Source: Massalongia carnosa
Lineage: Eukaryota
NCBI GenBank assembly: GCA_965645245.1
Contig: OZ287087.1
Coordinates: 1,240,001-1,304,000, forward strand
Direction: 5' to 3'
Length of the DNA stretch: 64,000 nucleotides
Part shown: one piece after another, positions 1 to 13,119 of the stretch
How the letters are laid out: each line of letters starts with the position of its first letter
Position numbering within the stretch: the first letter of the stretch is position 1
The notes under the pieces: model-generated
Seen by the model: only the letters and a program-made list of their open reading frames with translations
What the model was told of the DNA's origin: nothing
Databases searched by the model: none
Made by a program: the position numbers and the translations under genes

Positions 1-59
1 GGGCTATCAAAGAAAAGAAGGCATACTCATCGCTGCACATAGAAGTAGAGACCCCTTCT

Positions 60-839
60 ATGGCCAACCGCCTTATTAACGAAGGCTTCCTGGTCGACCA
101 CGAGATAAAGAACTGCGAAAAATTTGCGAAGAGCTGCAAGCTGACGCAGTGCTTTAACTGCTACAAATACGGACATATAGGAAAACGTTGCCGCAATCCT
201 ACGGCGTGCGGCCACTGCGCCGGCGGGCATCCGACCAACGAATGCAACCCGGAAACAACCGGTAGACAGAAGAGATGCGCATGCTGCGACGAGAGAGGCC
301 ACGTAGCGTGGGCCCCCACATGCAAACTCAGGATACAAGAAATGAGTAAGATAGAGAAGGCTAGGAAAAGCTCGTCGCAGCTCTTCGCTACGGGCAACCC
401 GATCGTAGCACGATCATTCATCTTTTCGTCCCAGGCCCCAACTGACAAAGAAAGCAATGCAGCACTAGGAGAGGCAACGGAAAGCCCCGTCAATGGTATC
501 CCGAAAGTTGCCAGCAGCAAGAAAAGTAAAACCGCCCCATACGGCTCTCATGAAGTATCGCCGGCAGGCCCAAGCCGCCCAACAGGAACGTCGTGGAAGG
601 ACACAGAGATCATGAAGCCCATGAACATGCAAAGAGCAATGGCAAAGCCCATTCTAGGCAGACCACCCAACACGTCAACGACGATGGCTGCAACACCCGC
701 CACCACCCGCACCAATCCCGCCGCCCACCCGCTGCAACCTTCCCCGCCGACCCCCGACACACCTCCCCCCCTCGACGACCAAGGACTAATTACCCGCACC
801 GCTCCTGCAACGGACGTAATGGAAGAAGGATGTTTATGA
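60..839 (+). CDS. LINE ORF1 (gag-like nucleic-acid binding protein), C-terminal part
   Basis: CFNCYKYGHIGKRC, CGHCAGGHPTNEC and CACCDERGHVAWAPTC knuckles; the stop TGA overlaps the ORF2 ATG (ATGA at 836-839). Confidence 0.9.
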   Translation: MANRLINEGFLVDHEIKNCEKFAKSCKLTQCFNCYKYGHIGKRCRNPTACGHCAGGHPTNECNPETTGRQKRCACCDERGHVAWAPTCKLRIQEMSKIEKARKSSSQLFATGNPIVARSFIFSSQAPTDKESNAALGEATESPVNGIPKVASSKKSKTAPYGSHEVSPAGPSRPTGTSWKDTEIMKPMNMQRAMAKPILGRPPNTSTTMAATPATTRTNPAAHPLQPSPPTPDTPPPLDDQGLITRTAPATDVMEEGCL

Positions 840-3800
840 AGGACACAAACTCCATTAACATACTACAGTACAACGTCAGAAACGACCGAGTAAGTACAAT
901 GATAACACTTTTGGCAGATTCAAACACGCAGGACTACGACGTTATAGCAATACAGGAACCATGGCGGAGCACGCACGCCCCGACCACTCTTAGCTCTCAC
1001 CAAAGCGGATTCCACCTTCTATATCGCCCCGGCGGCGACACACGCGTATGCTTCTACGTCAACGAGAAAATCGACCCGGAAAGCTGGGAAGTAGAATTCC
1101 CAACCGCAGACCTATGCACGTTGAAATTGAACGTGAGCACCGACGGTGTTACGAGAACGTTGCACATTCATAACGTGTATAACCCGTCCCCGTCTTCTTA
1201 TTCATCCACAGACAGCCCCTCCACGCTCCCGGCTGTTCGTCAGCAACTCGCCGCAGATGCACAGCACGTCCTCCTCGGCGATTTCAACCTTCACCATCCA
1301 TTTTGGAACGGAGTCACAAGGCCAACGCAACACGCAGCCGCGGACCAACTACTGGATATAGTAGAAGAATTCGATCTCTCACTTACACTGCCCAAAGGGA
1401 CCGTTACATGGGAGGCTCGGAACTCTTTTAGCACCATAGACCTAGTATTTATGTCGGAATTCCTGACGGAAAGACTAGAACACTGCATGTCGAGACCGGA
1501 AATGAACCAATCCTCTGATCACATCCCGATTTCTACCCGCATTCTTCTCGGTAGTGAACAGCTAACGCAAGTCAAGCGCAGAGCATGGAAACTGCTGAAC
1601 ATGGAGAAACTGAGAGAGGCAGAAAGCAACGCCCCGCCCGTCACCCACCCCCGCTCCGCCGAGGAAATTGACCAGTACGCTCAGACAATCCAAGAGTATC
1701 TTCAGAAAATCATAGCCGCCTCCGTCCCCTGGGCCAGACCCAGCGAATACGCGAAACCTTTTTGGAACGAAGAATGCAATCGCGCCATCCGCGAGACTCG
1801 CAAATTGCGCCGTTCCTGGTCGTCATCGCGTCACATTGACGACTGGAAAGCGTACATGAAGTCCAACGACAAGAAGCAAAAGATAATCCGAAAAGCAAAA
1901 ATGCTCTCATTCCGCAAAGAGATCAGTGCAGTCACCGAGTCGCCGCTGGGCATATGGAAGCTGGCAAGATGGGCAAAAGATAGAAGCCAGAAGCCCCGCG
2001 AGATACCGAAAATGCCGCCACTGAGGCACGGAGGGCAGACGGCAGAGACGTTCGAAGAAAAAGCGGAAATGCTGAAAGCCAAGTTCTTTCCCCCACCACC
2101 GCCGGCGGACCTGAGCGACATTCCTGGGTCATTCTACCCCGCTGCCGCGGATTGTCCCATGATGATCACAAAGAACGAAGTGATCGCAAACATACAATGC
2201 CTCAAGTCCGACAAGGCTCCGGGTCCTGACGGGATCACCAACAAAATCCTCAAGGCATGCACTACAAAGCTAGCAGAATTGCTAACCCCTTTATTTCAGG
2301 CGTGCGTCACGCAAGCGTATCATCCTCGCGAGTTCAAAAGAGCGAACACGATAACGCTCAAAAAACCGGGAAAGAAAGACAACACCAGCCCAAAGGCATA
2401 TCGGCCCATAGCTCTCCTGAACACAATGGGTAAAGTTCTAGAAGCGGTCATCGCAAAGAAAATCACCCACATAGCAGAACAGCATCGGCTCTTGCCCGAC
2501 ACGCAAATGGGTGCTCGGCGAGGGCGATCCACCGAGTCCGCACTCGAGCTTCTCACAGAACAGGTATACACCGTATGGGGACAAGGCAACGACAAGGTGG
2601 CAACCCTACTCAGCATGGATGTGGCAGGTGCGTTTGACACGGTGTCTCACCGTAGGCTAATACACAATCTACGGAAAAGGAAATTTCCGAAATGGATCAC
2701 AGACTGGACAGCAAGCTTTCTGGAGAATAGGAAAACCACATTAGCAATAAATCGGCGAGCAACCGGGGAGTTCGCAGTGCGCACGGGTATTCCTCAAGGC
2801 TCGCCCATTTCCCCTATTCTGTATCTGTTCTACAACGCGGACCTATTAGAGAATTGCCAGAGACCCGGCACGAACACGAGTGCGCTGGGATTCGTAGACG
2901 ACGTAAACGTGTTGGCATACGGTAAAAGCACGGAAGAAAATTGCAGAACTCTTGAAAGAATTCTCAGGAAATGCGAATTGTGGGCGACACGGCATGGCTC
3001 CGTATTTGCACCGGATAAATATGAAATCATTCATTTGTCAAGAAATCCAAAGAAATTCAACATGACGGCCACTATTCAAATTGAAACCAATCTGATTGAA
3101 CCAAAAACGGACATAAGAGTACTGGGCCTACAAATCGACAGAAAACTAAAATGGGGAGCTCATATACGGAAGACGCAGGAAAAGATGACGTCGCAGTCGC
3201 TAGCGCTCACAAAAATCTCGGCATCCACCTGGGGAGCATCCTTCGCAAAGGCCCGGCAGGTCTACACCTCCGTCGTCCGCCCGGCAATGACATACGGAAG
3301 CGCCGTGTGGCACACGCCCAAGGAAATCAAGAAAAACAAGGCCACGATGTCCAAACTCAGTGTCATGCAGAACAAATGCCTACGCACTGTGGCAGGAGCG
3401 TTTAAAGCAACACCCGTCGAGGTTCTCGAAGCGGAAACGTTTCATCGCCCCTATGGAGCTACACTTGGATCATCTGCAGATGAAAGCAAGATACCGCCTA
3501 CGGGCCTCAGGGCAAGCGAAACTGATCACCACTGCCTGCAGCACAATAGCGAACAAGCTACGAGGCAAGGCAGGACGCAAAAGAATACAACGCCCCACCC
3601 TAGGAGATTTAAAACACGAATGGGCCAGCAAGATTCTAAACAACGAAGCCCCAGCCACAATACCGCCGCCGCCCCGACCCTGGTCAGGACCCGACCCTGT
3701 CCGTCTCGAGAAATACATCACGGCACGCCGAATTATCGGAAAGCACGCAAAGACCATTACAGTACGAATCAAGGAGCGTTGGGAGACCAGGTAGAAGGCG

Positions 3801-4193
3801 TATCAGGACCGCGTTCCCTACCCAACAGAGGCACAGCTCGGACCACTCAACAGAACTAGATTGAAGATTCATGACAACTTGATGAAGGCGGAAATAACCA
3901 CGCAAATCCGCACTGAGAAAATAGGTTTGGCAAACTTCCTGTTCAATCGTCGGGTTCCGGGAGCTATGACTCCAGCTTGCTCGTGTGGCTGGCAGGAACA
4001 GACTGCCAAACACATCATATTACACTGCAGACTAATCGAAGGCAGATATGAGCTGCTCAGACAATTGGGCACCCACGACTACCGGACGATTACGCGTTCG
4101 TCGAAAATGCTGAAAAAGCTAACTGCATGGATAATAAAAGCAAACTTGTTAACACAGTTCTCACTAGCATCGCAAATGTTATACGAGATATAA
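836..4193 (+). pseudogene. LINE ORF2 (AP endonuclease + reverse transcriptase + CCHC), disrupted
   Basis: ILQYNV, AIQEPW, LGDFNLHH and SDH endonuclease motifs; PGPDGI, YRPIALL, GIPQGSPISP and FVDD RT motifs; frameshift near 3441, TAG at 3792, then CSCG...HIILHC. Confidence 0.93.
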
Positions 4194-4396
4194 CTTCTCA
4201 TTTTCGTCAAGGATTCTAAAGAAAAACGATCACAGAGAGCAGCCTCTTGCCAGCGAGGCTCCGGAGGTAGTGCGTAGTCTACGGGGTTTTTATTCCCAAG
4301 AAGAGTTTTCCTTGTATGATAAACATAGACAGCCCGCATGGGCCGGCCTTCGGCCGGTGTCATATCGGAATAAGAATAAATCAATCAATCAATCAA

Positions 4397-7300
4397 CGTA
4401 ACGTGTTGTGCTAATATGATAAATGCATTATTTATCAAGTCATTTTAAAAAAAATTTCAAAATCATCAGAATCAAATATCTGCGCATTCATGAAGACGTC
4501 ATCTTCAAAAATCAAATTGACGTTTTTACATATAATTTCATCATGATTTTCGAAATAAATATTTTATCAGAATCAATTATTTTATTTTTCGCTGCGATTT
4601 TAAAACGTGAACGTGACAAATTCAAAAAACATTTTCAAATAAAGAACATATTGTTTTTTTGGTTCCACACGATTTTGAGTAAACCAGATTACGCATTTAC
4701 ATACGAGAACAGTGACACCGAAAACTCATTCGTTTTTCTTTTCACAATCTTAATAAAAAAAGAATCATCAGAATTATAATATTACGATGCACTGTTTCAA
4801 CTGAACATCGTTGAATTTAAACATATTCTCAAATTATGAAAGATTTATATTCGAATAATTGAAGTCTTTTCATGAACAGTGAACATAATAGTTTTATTGA
4901 AAACGAAACATGAATTCTGATCAAAACCGAAGACATAAAACTCAATCATACTGCTTTCAATGAAAAATAAATATTCAAGTTGAAACGGAACGTTATCGAG
5001 ATTATCACACGATAAAAATTCAAGTAAATGATGAAAGATTATTTTCAAAAATACGAGATAAATTTCGAACAGATTTATATTTTCGTAATGAAATCAATGA
5101 TCTTTCAATTTTTGTTCGTTTTCTAAATTTATCATAACTTGATCATCGAATAACTTGATATCGTTACATCATTCTTATATAAAGTAATAAATCAACTGAT
5201 TTACGTTCATATGTAAAAAGAATATGAAAAGTCGAACATGATCTGCAAATTGAACAAGATTTTTTATAATTTGAATCATTTTTCACGTTTATGATACGAA
5301 CGTTTATCGAAAATTTTATTTATCAAATCAAATCTGTTTAAATTTCATGTAGATTATATTATCTTTTTCTTTTCGACAAGAATCAGAAATTCAATTGTTA
5401 TCTTTTTCGTTGATGATTAGAATATCATAAATTCAAAGAAACTCTCGATAATATTCGATTTAAAAAAAACAATTAAACCTTGCAATCAAAATAATAAACA
5501 TAAACTCGATCAATCATTATTTAAATTTAAAAGTGAAACGAAATCGCGTTAACAGAACAATTAAATTATTTCAATTTACTTATATCGAAAAGATTCTGAA
5601 GAAATTTCATTTGCAGAACGCAAAGATCGAAATTATTTCAATGGAAAAAGATTTATTCAAAAATGAATTTCAGATTTCAGAAACAAACATCAAAAAATAT
5701 TAAACAATCGTGGATTTCATTATGTTTGTTATGATAAAAACAAGATCGAATATAATTTACGCGATTTCAGTGATCAATCGATATGTCAAAAATTATCTAC
5801 TTATTCTTACAGGTAAAACCTTTTAAAGTGATAATAACCATGCAGACTGCGCCATTATCCCAAACATGTTCCGTTTCTGGACTGCATTCTTCGCTCGATG
5901 TTCTGTGAAATCCTTGACAAAATGAGAGTTATCACTCGTATAACAGTTGCGATGCTAGTGAAAATTGGGTCAGCAAATTTGCTTTTATTATCAATGTGGT
6001 TAGTTTTTTCAACATTTTCGACGAGCTCATGATCGTTCGATAGTCGTTGGTGCCTATATGTTTTAGCACTTCGTATCTGCCGTCGATTAGCCTGAAATGT
6101 AGAATGATATGTTTGGCTTTCTGCTTCTGCTATCCGCACGAGCAGGCCGGGGTCATAACGCCCGGTACCCGACGATTGAACAGTAAGTTTGGCAAGCCTA
6201 TTTGCGTTGTTAACGCGCTTTCCGCTTACATCAGGTTGTTGTGAATCTTCAGTCTCGTCCTACTGAGAGATCCCAACTGTGCCTCTGTCGGGCGGGGAAT
6301 GCGGTTCTGGTACGTCTTCAATGTAGAGTCCCAGCGTTCCTTAATGCGTTCTGCTGTGGCCTTTGTGTGTTTCTCTATGGTATTGCGTGTCGTGGTGCAT
6401 TTTTGGAGGTGCGCCGGGTCGGGTGTGGACCAGGGCGGGGGCGATGGGAGCATTGTGACTGGCGCCTCGTTATTCAATATTTTGCTGGCCCATTCGTATT
6501 TCAACTCTCCTGGGGTGAGGTGTTGCGTTCTTTTGCGTCCTGCCTTACCCCGTAGCTTGTTCGCTATTGTGTTGCAGGCTTTGGAAATCAGTTTCGCCTG
6601 CCCTGCAGCCCGTAGACGATACCTTGCTTTTATCTGTAGATTGTCCAGATGCAACTCCATGGGGGCGATGAACGTTTCCGCTTCGAGAACTTCGACGGGT
6701 GTTGCCTTGAACGCCCCTGTCACGGTGCGTAAGCATATGTTCTGCATGACGCTGAGTTTGGACGTGGTGGCCTGGTTTTTCTTGATTTCCCTGGGTGTGT
6801 GCCACACGGTGCTTTAATAAGTCATTGCCGGGCGAACGACGGCCGTGTAAACCTGCCGGGCCTTCGCGAAAGAAGCTCCCCAGGTGGATGTCGAAGTTTT
6901 TGTGAGCGCCAGCGACTGCGACGTCATCTTTTCCTGTGTTTTCCGTATGTGGGCTCCCTATTTCAATTTGGTGTCGATTTGGAGGCCCAGAACTCGTATT
7001 TCCGTTTTCGGTTCTATTAGGTTGTTTTCTATTTGAATAGTAGCCGACATGTCGAATTTCTTTGGATTTCTGGACAAATGAATGAGCTCATATTTATCCG
7101 GTGCAAATACGGACCCGTGGCGTGCCGCCCATAGTTCGCATTTTTTGGGAATTCTTTCGATAGTTCTGCAGTTTTCTTCCGTGCTCTTGCAGTATGCCAA
7201 CACATTTACGGCGTCTACGAATCCTAGCGCGCTCGTGTTGGTACCGGGTCTCTCGCATATCTTTAAAAGGTCCGCATTGTAGAGAATTGATTAAATTGTT

Positions 7301-7850
7301 TATTTACGTCAAATTCTTTTTTTTTCATCAGACAACTTCATATGAACTCATTTAAATAAATACAAACAAAATCGCGCAACGTGATTTTAATTATCGAAAA
7401 AAATATTGATAAAATTTAAAAAAAAAATGTTAAATGTTCAACTTCTATCAACAAATCATCAACGAAAATCGTGAATAAATCAGATAAGATTAATTTGTAA
7501 AGTAAATAAGATCAAATTTAATTTTATCGCATCGACTAATTAATTTCTCTTAATGACGAATTAATCAATCTAGACTCGAAACAATTATTATCGCTCGTTT
7601 AACAGAAATAATTTAAATAAAGAAATAGATTGCTTCGTAAAAATTCTGCATTCTTAATATCATGATCATATAGGTTTTTATCTTTATATAATCATATAAT
7701 TATAATCAAAATTTCTTTAACATTTGATTTGTCTTTTATTATTTGTCATAGATCAACTGTTCTCATATAAAGCATTCGATCGAGACTCGAAAAATCTTCG
7801 ACTGAATACAGGATTTCATGATTTTTCTTTCTCAAAAGTTTTTTCATGTA
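4397..7850 (+). mobile_element. Hypermutated Ty1/Copia remnant (integrase tail, RT, RNase H), interrupted by the LINE at 5793-7284; right boundary approximate
   Basis: IIRIKYLRIHED matches VIRVKNLRIHED of the Copia at 34835-40323; degenerate RT motifs (SIVDFIMFVMIKTRSNIIYAISVINRY near 5707-5790 vs SMVGSITFAMIETRPDIAFATSVISR). Confidence 0.75.
5793..7284 (-). mobile_element. 5'-truncated Tad1-like LINE (3' part of ORF2), degenerate
   Basis: Translations closely match ORF2 of the LINE at 1-4396 (RHGSVFAPDKYELIHLSRNPKKF, WHTP...KLSVMQN); ends in TAAGAATAA on the minus strand. Confidence 0.9.
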
Positions 7851-9088
7851 TTATACAATTAAATAAACTCGCTTGCATGAGTCGATCTTCGATCAATATT
7901 ACATCGAAATAAGAATTATTATCATCGTCATCATCATGATCTAATCCTATTTTTAATACAGACGTCCAGTTTTAAACGTTTTGTTATCGAAGGATTTCTG
8001 TGACTGACACAACGAAACTGCAAAAACATGTAATTAGATTTTGCAATTTCAACGACAGCAGAAATATTTTGTTAAACGCCATAAATACAAACAATTATCG
8101 ATTAATTATCAAATTATTTAAAATAATAAAACTAGTTATCGCGTATTTAAAAAAAATCTAAACTGCTGCTATAATTTTCGTTGACAACAAAACATTTATA
8201 TTATCGAATAAGTAAATTTATTTTATTTATTATTTCTGTTTGAATTGAATACTTTTTTTGTGACGAAACGAGATGATGATGATGAATTCATATTCCGATA
8301 TGACACCGGCCGTTGGCCGGCCCATGCGGGCAAAGCTCTCTAGGTTATCTTACATGGAAAACCTTTCACAGATGTAAAAATCATATCTCATGATACTCGT
8401 TCGATGCGACTTCGAGTCGTCATCGAGCAGAAAACGCAGAACAAAAAAATGTGGAACTGTGATGCCTTATGAAGTGAAATAAAAAGAAGTTTAACTATTG
8501 TTGTTTGTACAATATTGTTGATGTTAATAAAAACTGAATAAATAAGCCTGTTTTGATTAGTCAAGCAGTTAATATCTTCAGAATTTTTGATAATTCGATT
8601 AACTGTTGATAATCGTTCGTGTCGACGACGCGAAACATCTGTTCTCTGTTGTCAAGAAGTGTGCAGAACATAATTACATGTTCTGAAGTTTGTCTGTGTC
8701 TGTCACATGAGCAGATCGTTGAAATGACAAAGAACACTCGTTGCTTGTAAAGAAAATCAATTAACCCGAGCTTGTAAGTGCGGATTTGTCTTGTTAAAGC
8801 GCTTTCTGTCTTTTTTAACCGCGTGTGTATTTTCAGTCGTATCTTGCTCAGTGAAATTAATTGTGTTATGAAGAATTCGATGACGCGATTTTAATATGCG
8901 CATCATAAGTCGTTTCAGATCTTTGTTTGTCGTGCTTTGATTGCTTGCATCTGATTATGTCAAGCTGTTGTCGCAACGATAACTTAGCGATGTCACGTCG
9001 AATAAATTTCGAATCATGATGAGCTTATCTTTGATGAATCTTATTTTTGAATCGATCAGTAAATCTTTGATTCAGATGTGCTTCAATT

Positions 9089-10361
9089 TTTTATTTATTT
9101 TTTTATTTATTCATTAAGTTTATTCAACCTAATGTTATGACACTAAACTATTTTAGGATATATTTCTATATTACAAATAAGTCAACCCTTTATAACCCAT
9201 CTATGTATTGTCATTTTTTCCCCATTTTTACTCCGTGTTAATAACAACCTGTAGTAATCGAAGAATATCGATTTTAAAATTTGTCTTTGTAAGTTCATGA
9301 ATGTTTCAGCATAAATCGTTTCCGATTCTACTGTTCGATCTCTCCCCAATGTGACGAAGCGAGATAGTGAATAGATTTCTACCATTGCGCCACCTGTACT
9401 TCCCGACCAAATGGCACAATACTTAGTCCGCAGACCAAGCTCTATTTTACTATAACTGGGTCTCCTGCTATGTTTGCTGTAGGTCCTGCCGTCCGCACCA
9501 CGCTTGGTCGAACCGTTACACTACCGCCCGTCTAGCTGCGGCTAGTCCCTAGCTACTTCCAGTTATAGTTAGCCCCGAAGAAGGGGCTCTTCTTAGCGTA
9601 CCGCCCTCGCCGATCGGACTTAGAGAGTTTTCATCCAACGCTTTCCCGTTTCGTCCTAGCTTCAGTCCGTCGAAGCAAGGCGAAAAAGCGAGGAACTCAG
9701 GTCAGGAATCGAACTCACGACTAGTACACCGATTGATGACTAAGTATTGTGTGACGAAGCGAGATAGTGAATAGATTTCTACCATTGCGCCACCTGTCCT
9801 TCCCGACCAAAAGGCACAATACTTAGTCCGCAGACCAAGCTCTATTCTACTATAACTGGGTCTCCTGCTATGTTTACTGTAGGTCCTGCCGTCCGCACCA
9901 CGCTTGGTCGAACCATTACACCCAACCTCCAGTTTCGAAAATCTCGTCATCAAGCTGACCTAGTATCAATTTTCTAGTCGCGATTTTATTATTGACAATA
10001 AATTTAATCACAATGTCATTTCCGATTTTTGTATTAAACAACATATTCAAGTTGATCGTAGTATCGATATTTTGTTTCATGTTTTGAATTTCATCGAAAT
10101 AGTAAATGCAATTAAATAACAAGTGTTCTGGCGATTGTCGTTGATTGAATCGATTTGTGCATTTTGACAAATTATAATCTTTCAATCGCTGTAAATATGA
10201 TCTAAATAGCCGTGTCCGAATTTTAAATGCATAATAGTAGCAAATATCAATTTGGAACAGTTTTGATAAATAATAAAATCTCGATATGCGAGGTTTCATT
10301 TCGAATTTCTCGTAGTATTTGCCTTTTGATTTGCATTGTTGCCATTTATTCGTCCATGTGG
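9089..10361 (-). mobile_element. 5'-truncated LINE of a different family nested in the hypermutated LINE
   Basis: C-terminal motif ...SKC...QSPEHLLFNC; A-rich tail; flanked by a 14-bp TSD GATGTGCT(T/C)CAATT at 9075-9088 and 10362-10375. Confidence 0.8.
9350..9920 (-). mobile_element. TRIM (miniature non-autonomous LTR retroelement), copy 1
   Basis: 171-bp LTRs 9350-9520 and 9750-9920 with TG..CA ends; TSD CCCAA; 229-bp non-coding interior; PPT-like GACGGGCGGTAG. Confidence 0.95.
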
Positions 10362-12829
10362 GATGTGCTCCAATTCTCTCGAAGTAAACTTTTGAAGTCG
10401 TTTGCGATCTGTCTTTTCTTGAAGTTTGTCTGCTATTTTGTTGCATGCGAAGAAGATGATCTTTGATTGACCTTCGACTCGAAGTCGATGTCTTTTCTGC
10501 GTCTGTAACATGTCGAGATGCGTGTTTATGAACGCTATAAATCTCTCTGCTTTTAATACTGAGATGAAAATGATTTTAAAAACATCGATTATGATGCGAA
10601 GAAAATTGTTTTGCATGACGAAGAGCTTGCTCGTTGACGTTTTTGACTTTTTGACTTCTTTGAACATATGTCATAAACGATCACATCACGACATTATAGA
10701 CTTGTCTTGTCTTGACGAAAATGACATTTCAGATTGATGTGAAGATTTTTGTCAATGTCATGAATTGTCTGATCATTTTTTCTTGCGTTTTGCGAACGTG
10801 CAATCTTCATTTCAATTTGATGTCAATTTGCAGACTCAATATTTTTATGTTCGTTTTTGATTCAATTTCGATTTTAACAATGTTGATAGATGCAGTCATG
10901 TTTAATTTTTTGAAATTTCTGAACAAGTTTATGAATTCGTACTTGATTGAAGCGAATATGAACTCCTGTCGAGAAACTCACGTCTCACATTGCCTGTGTA
11001 TTGTTTTTAAAGTTTTGCAATTTTTCTCGATGCTTTTTTAATATGTCAAAATGTTCGCATCGTTTACGAATTTTATGACAGTTCTGTTTTTGTCTGATCG
11101 ATCACATATTTTCAATATATCTGCATTGTAAAATAAATAGAAAATGAATTACAGAAAAGAATTATGTAAAATAATCGTTCTTATCGCAAATCGTTCGATG
11201 ACTTTTAGATTTAAAATTAAAATGATGTTTCGATCGCTCAGTAAGCTATTTAATCAGTCAATGATTCAGATTGAAATTTTTCTTTTTCGTAGATTCTGCG
11301 TTAATCGTTGATGTGATATCGTGTCAAACGCGTCGACGACGTTTATACTTAGCAATGTGATTATCTTGTCTTTTTCTTGTTTGAAAATCGTATGAATCTG
11401 TTCAATTAACAGTTTCAGTGCTGACTTTGTGAATCTGTTCTTTTTTGCTTTCATTTGTTTTTCGAGTAGTAATTGATGTGTTTTCGATAAATAGATTATT
11501 TTAGATTCAATTATGAATTTCCTAACTTTATTGAGCGTGTTGAACAGTGCAATTGATCGATAAACTTTCGATGTCGTATAATCTTCTTTGCGTGATTTTT
11601 TCAGCGCTAGTGTATTTGTCATTTTGAAGAGTCGCGAATGATACGAATGTGTGACGCACGTCTGAAACAGAAATGTTAATAATTCGCCAAGTTTTTAACT
11701 GCATACTTTAAGTATTATGTTAAATATGTCGTCTAAACTCGATGTCTTATCGAACTTGAATCCATTCAAAGTCGTCGATACTTTCGATTTGATGATGATT
11801 ATTAAACAGTGCGACGATGTAGTATAAAAGAATTCTTTTATGTCGCTTAAATCGACAGATGATGATGCGAAAAAGAAGACGTCTTTCAGCATTTCGACTT
11901 TTTGATCGAACGTGTCTGTTACTTGATCATTGAATTTTAATATTGATATTTTGAATACTTTTCTAAATAGATAACTTTTGTCTTTGACACATTTTGCTAA
12001 TCGTCATAATATCTGAAACGTATCGATGATTTTACTGATTATTTGACGAAAGTTTGTTCTCTTTGTGTTTTGAATAATTTTCTGTTTTATGTTATTGAAT
12101 TTCATATAGTTCGATCAGTTCGTTAAATCTAACGTGCTAGATCATATGCGACGTAATTTTCGTGTGACTTTAATGACAGTGCTGCATTCTTCGATTCCGA
12201 AGAACTTAAAATATTCGCTGAATTTTGCTCATGAAACAACTTCGTTGATGATCTTCTGTAGAAAAATTTGAATCGATTTCGTGTACGCATCGATTTCGAC
12301 AATGATGCAAGAAGAATTCGATGCAAAAACGTGACGTTCGATCTCTTATAATTTTTTCAGATTTAAAAGTTTTCATGTTCTGCATTTGATTTTCGATTGC
12401 GACTCGCTTTCGAATAAAATGCGAATTGATATCGATACATGATCGAATTATTGATTTAATTCTGATCTGAATATGCAGTATTCGATTCTTTCAATTAAAT
12501 ATTCTGACATGAAAATCAAATTTATCGTGTTAAACGTGTTTCTTTCTTTTTATTTTACGATATCTTTCGACAATGTCAACGAAAGATTATGATCATCGAT
12601 TATTTTTAATAATTGATCAGCAGCAGCGTTTTGTGTGAATCTTGAGTAATCATTTTAAAAGAAATGATGCAGATTGAAATCTTCAAGTAATATGTGATGC
12701 ACATCGACGATGAACATGTTTCGAGTTGACGATAAAGAAGTAAGATTAATCTGTAAATAAATAAAAGACGAAAGAAGATTTATATACATTCTGAAAGTGA
12801 ATTGTTTTCATAATTTCTTTGACGTAAGT

Positions 12830-13119
12830 CTTTATTTTCAAAATGCACATGTCGATCGAAAAGAATTTCAATTTTCAACTGTCAATTTATATTAAATCGT
12901 TGATATAAAAGCACACTTTGACGTCATTTTCTGAGCGATATCAAAGATAAAAGTCGCTTTGATGAAAACTGAGCCTTTATTTTCAAAATGCACATGTCGA
13001 TCGAAAAGAATTTCAATTTTCAACTGTCAATTTATATTAAATCGTTGATATAAAAGCACACTTTGACGTCATTTTCTGAGCGATATCAAAGATAAAAGTC
13101 GCTTTGATGAAAACTGAGC
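12830..13119. repeat. Exact 145-bp tandem duplication within the hypermutated LINE
   Basis: 12830-12974 reads identical to 12975-13119. Confidence 0.9.

Larger units (their letters stand above)
1..4396 (+). mobile_element. Tad1-like non-LTR retrotransposon (LINE); 5' end lies outside the window; mildly degenerate
   Basis: ORF1 with three CCHC knuckles; ORF2 with APE, RT and C-terminal CCHC; 3' GC stem-loop followed by an (ATCA)n tail at 4379-4396. Confidence 0.95.

Noticed and set aside
593..835. N-terminal extension of LINE ORF2 predicted by the ORF track
   Set aside because: It overlaps ORF1 in another frame; the homologous LINE starts ORF2 at the equivalent of 836.
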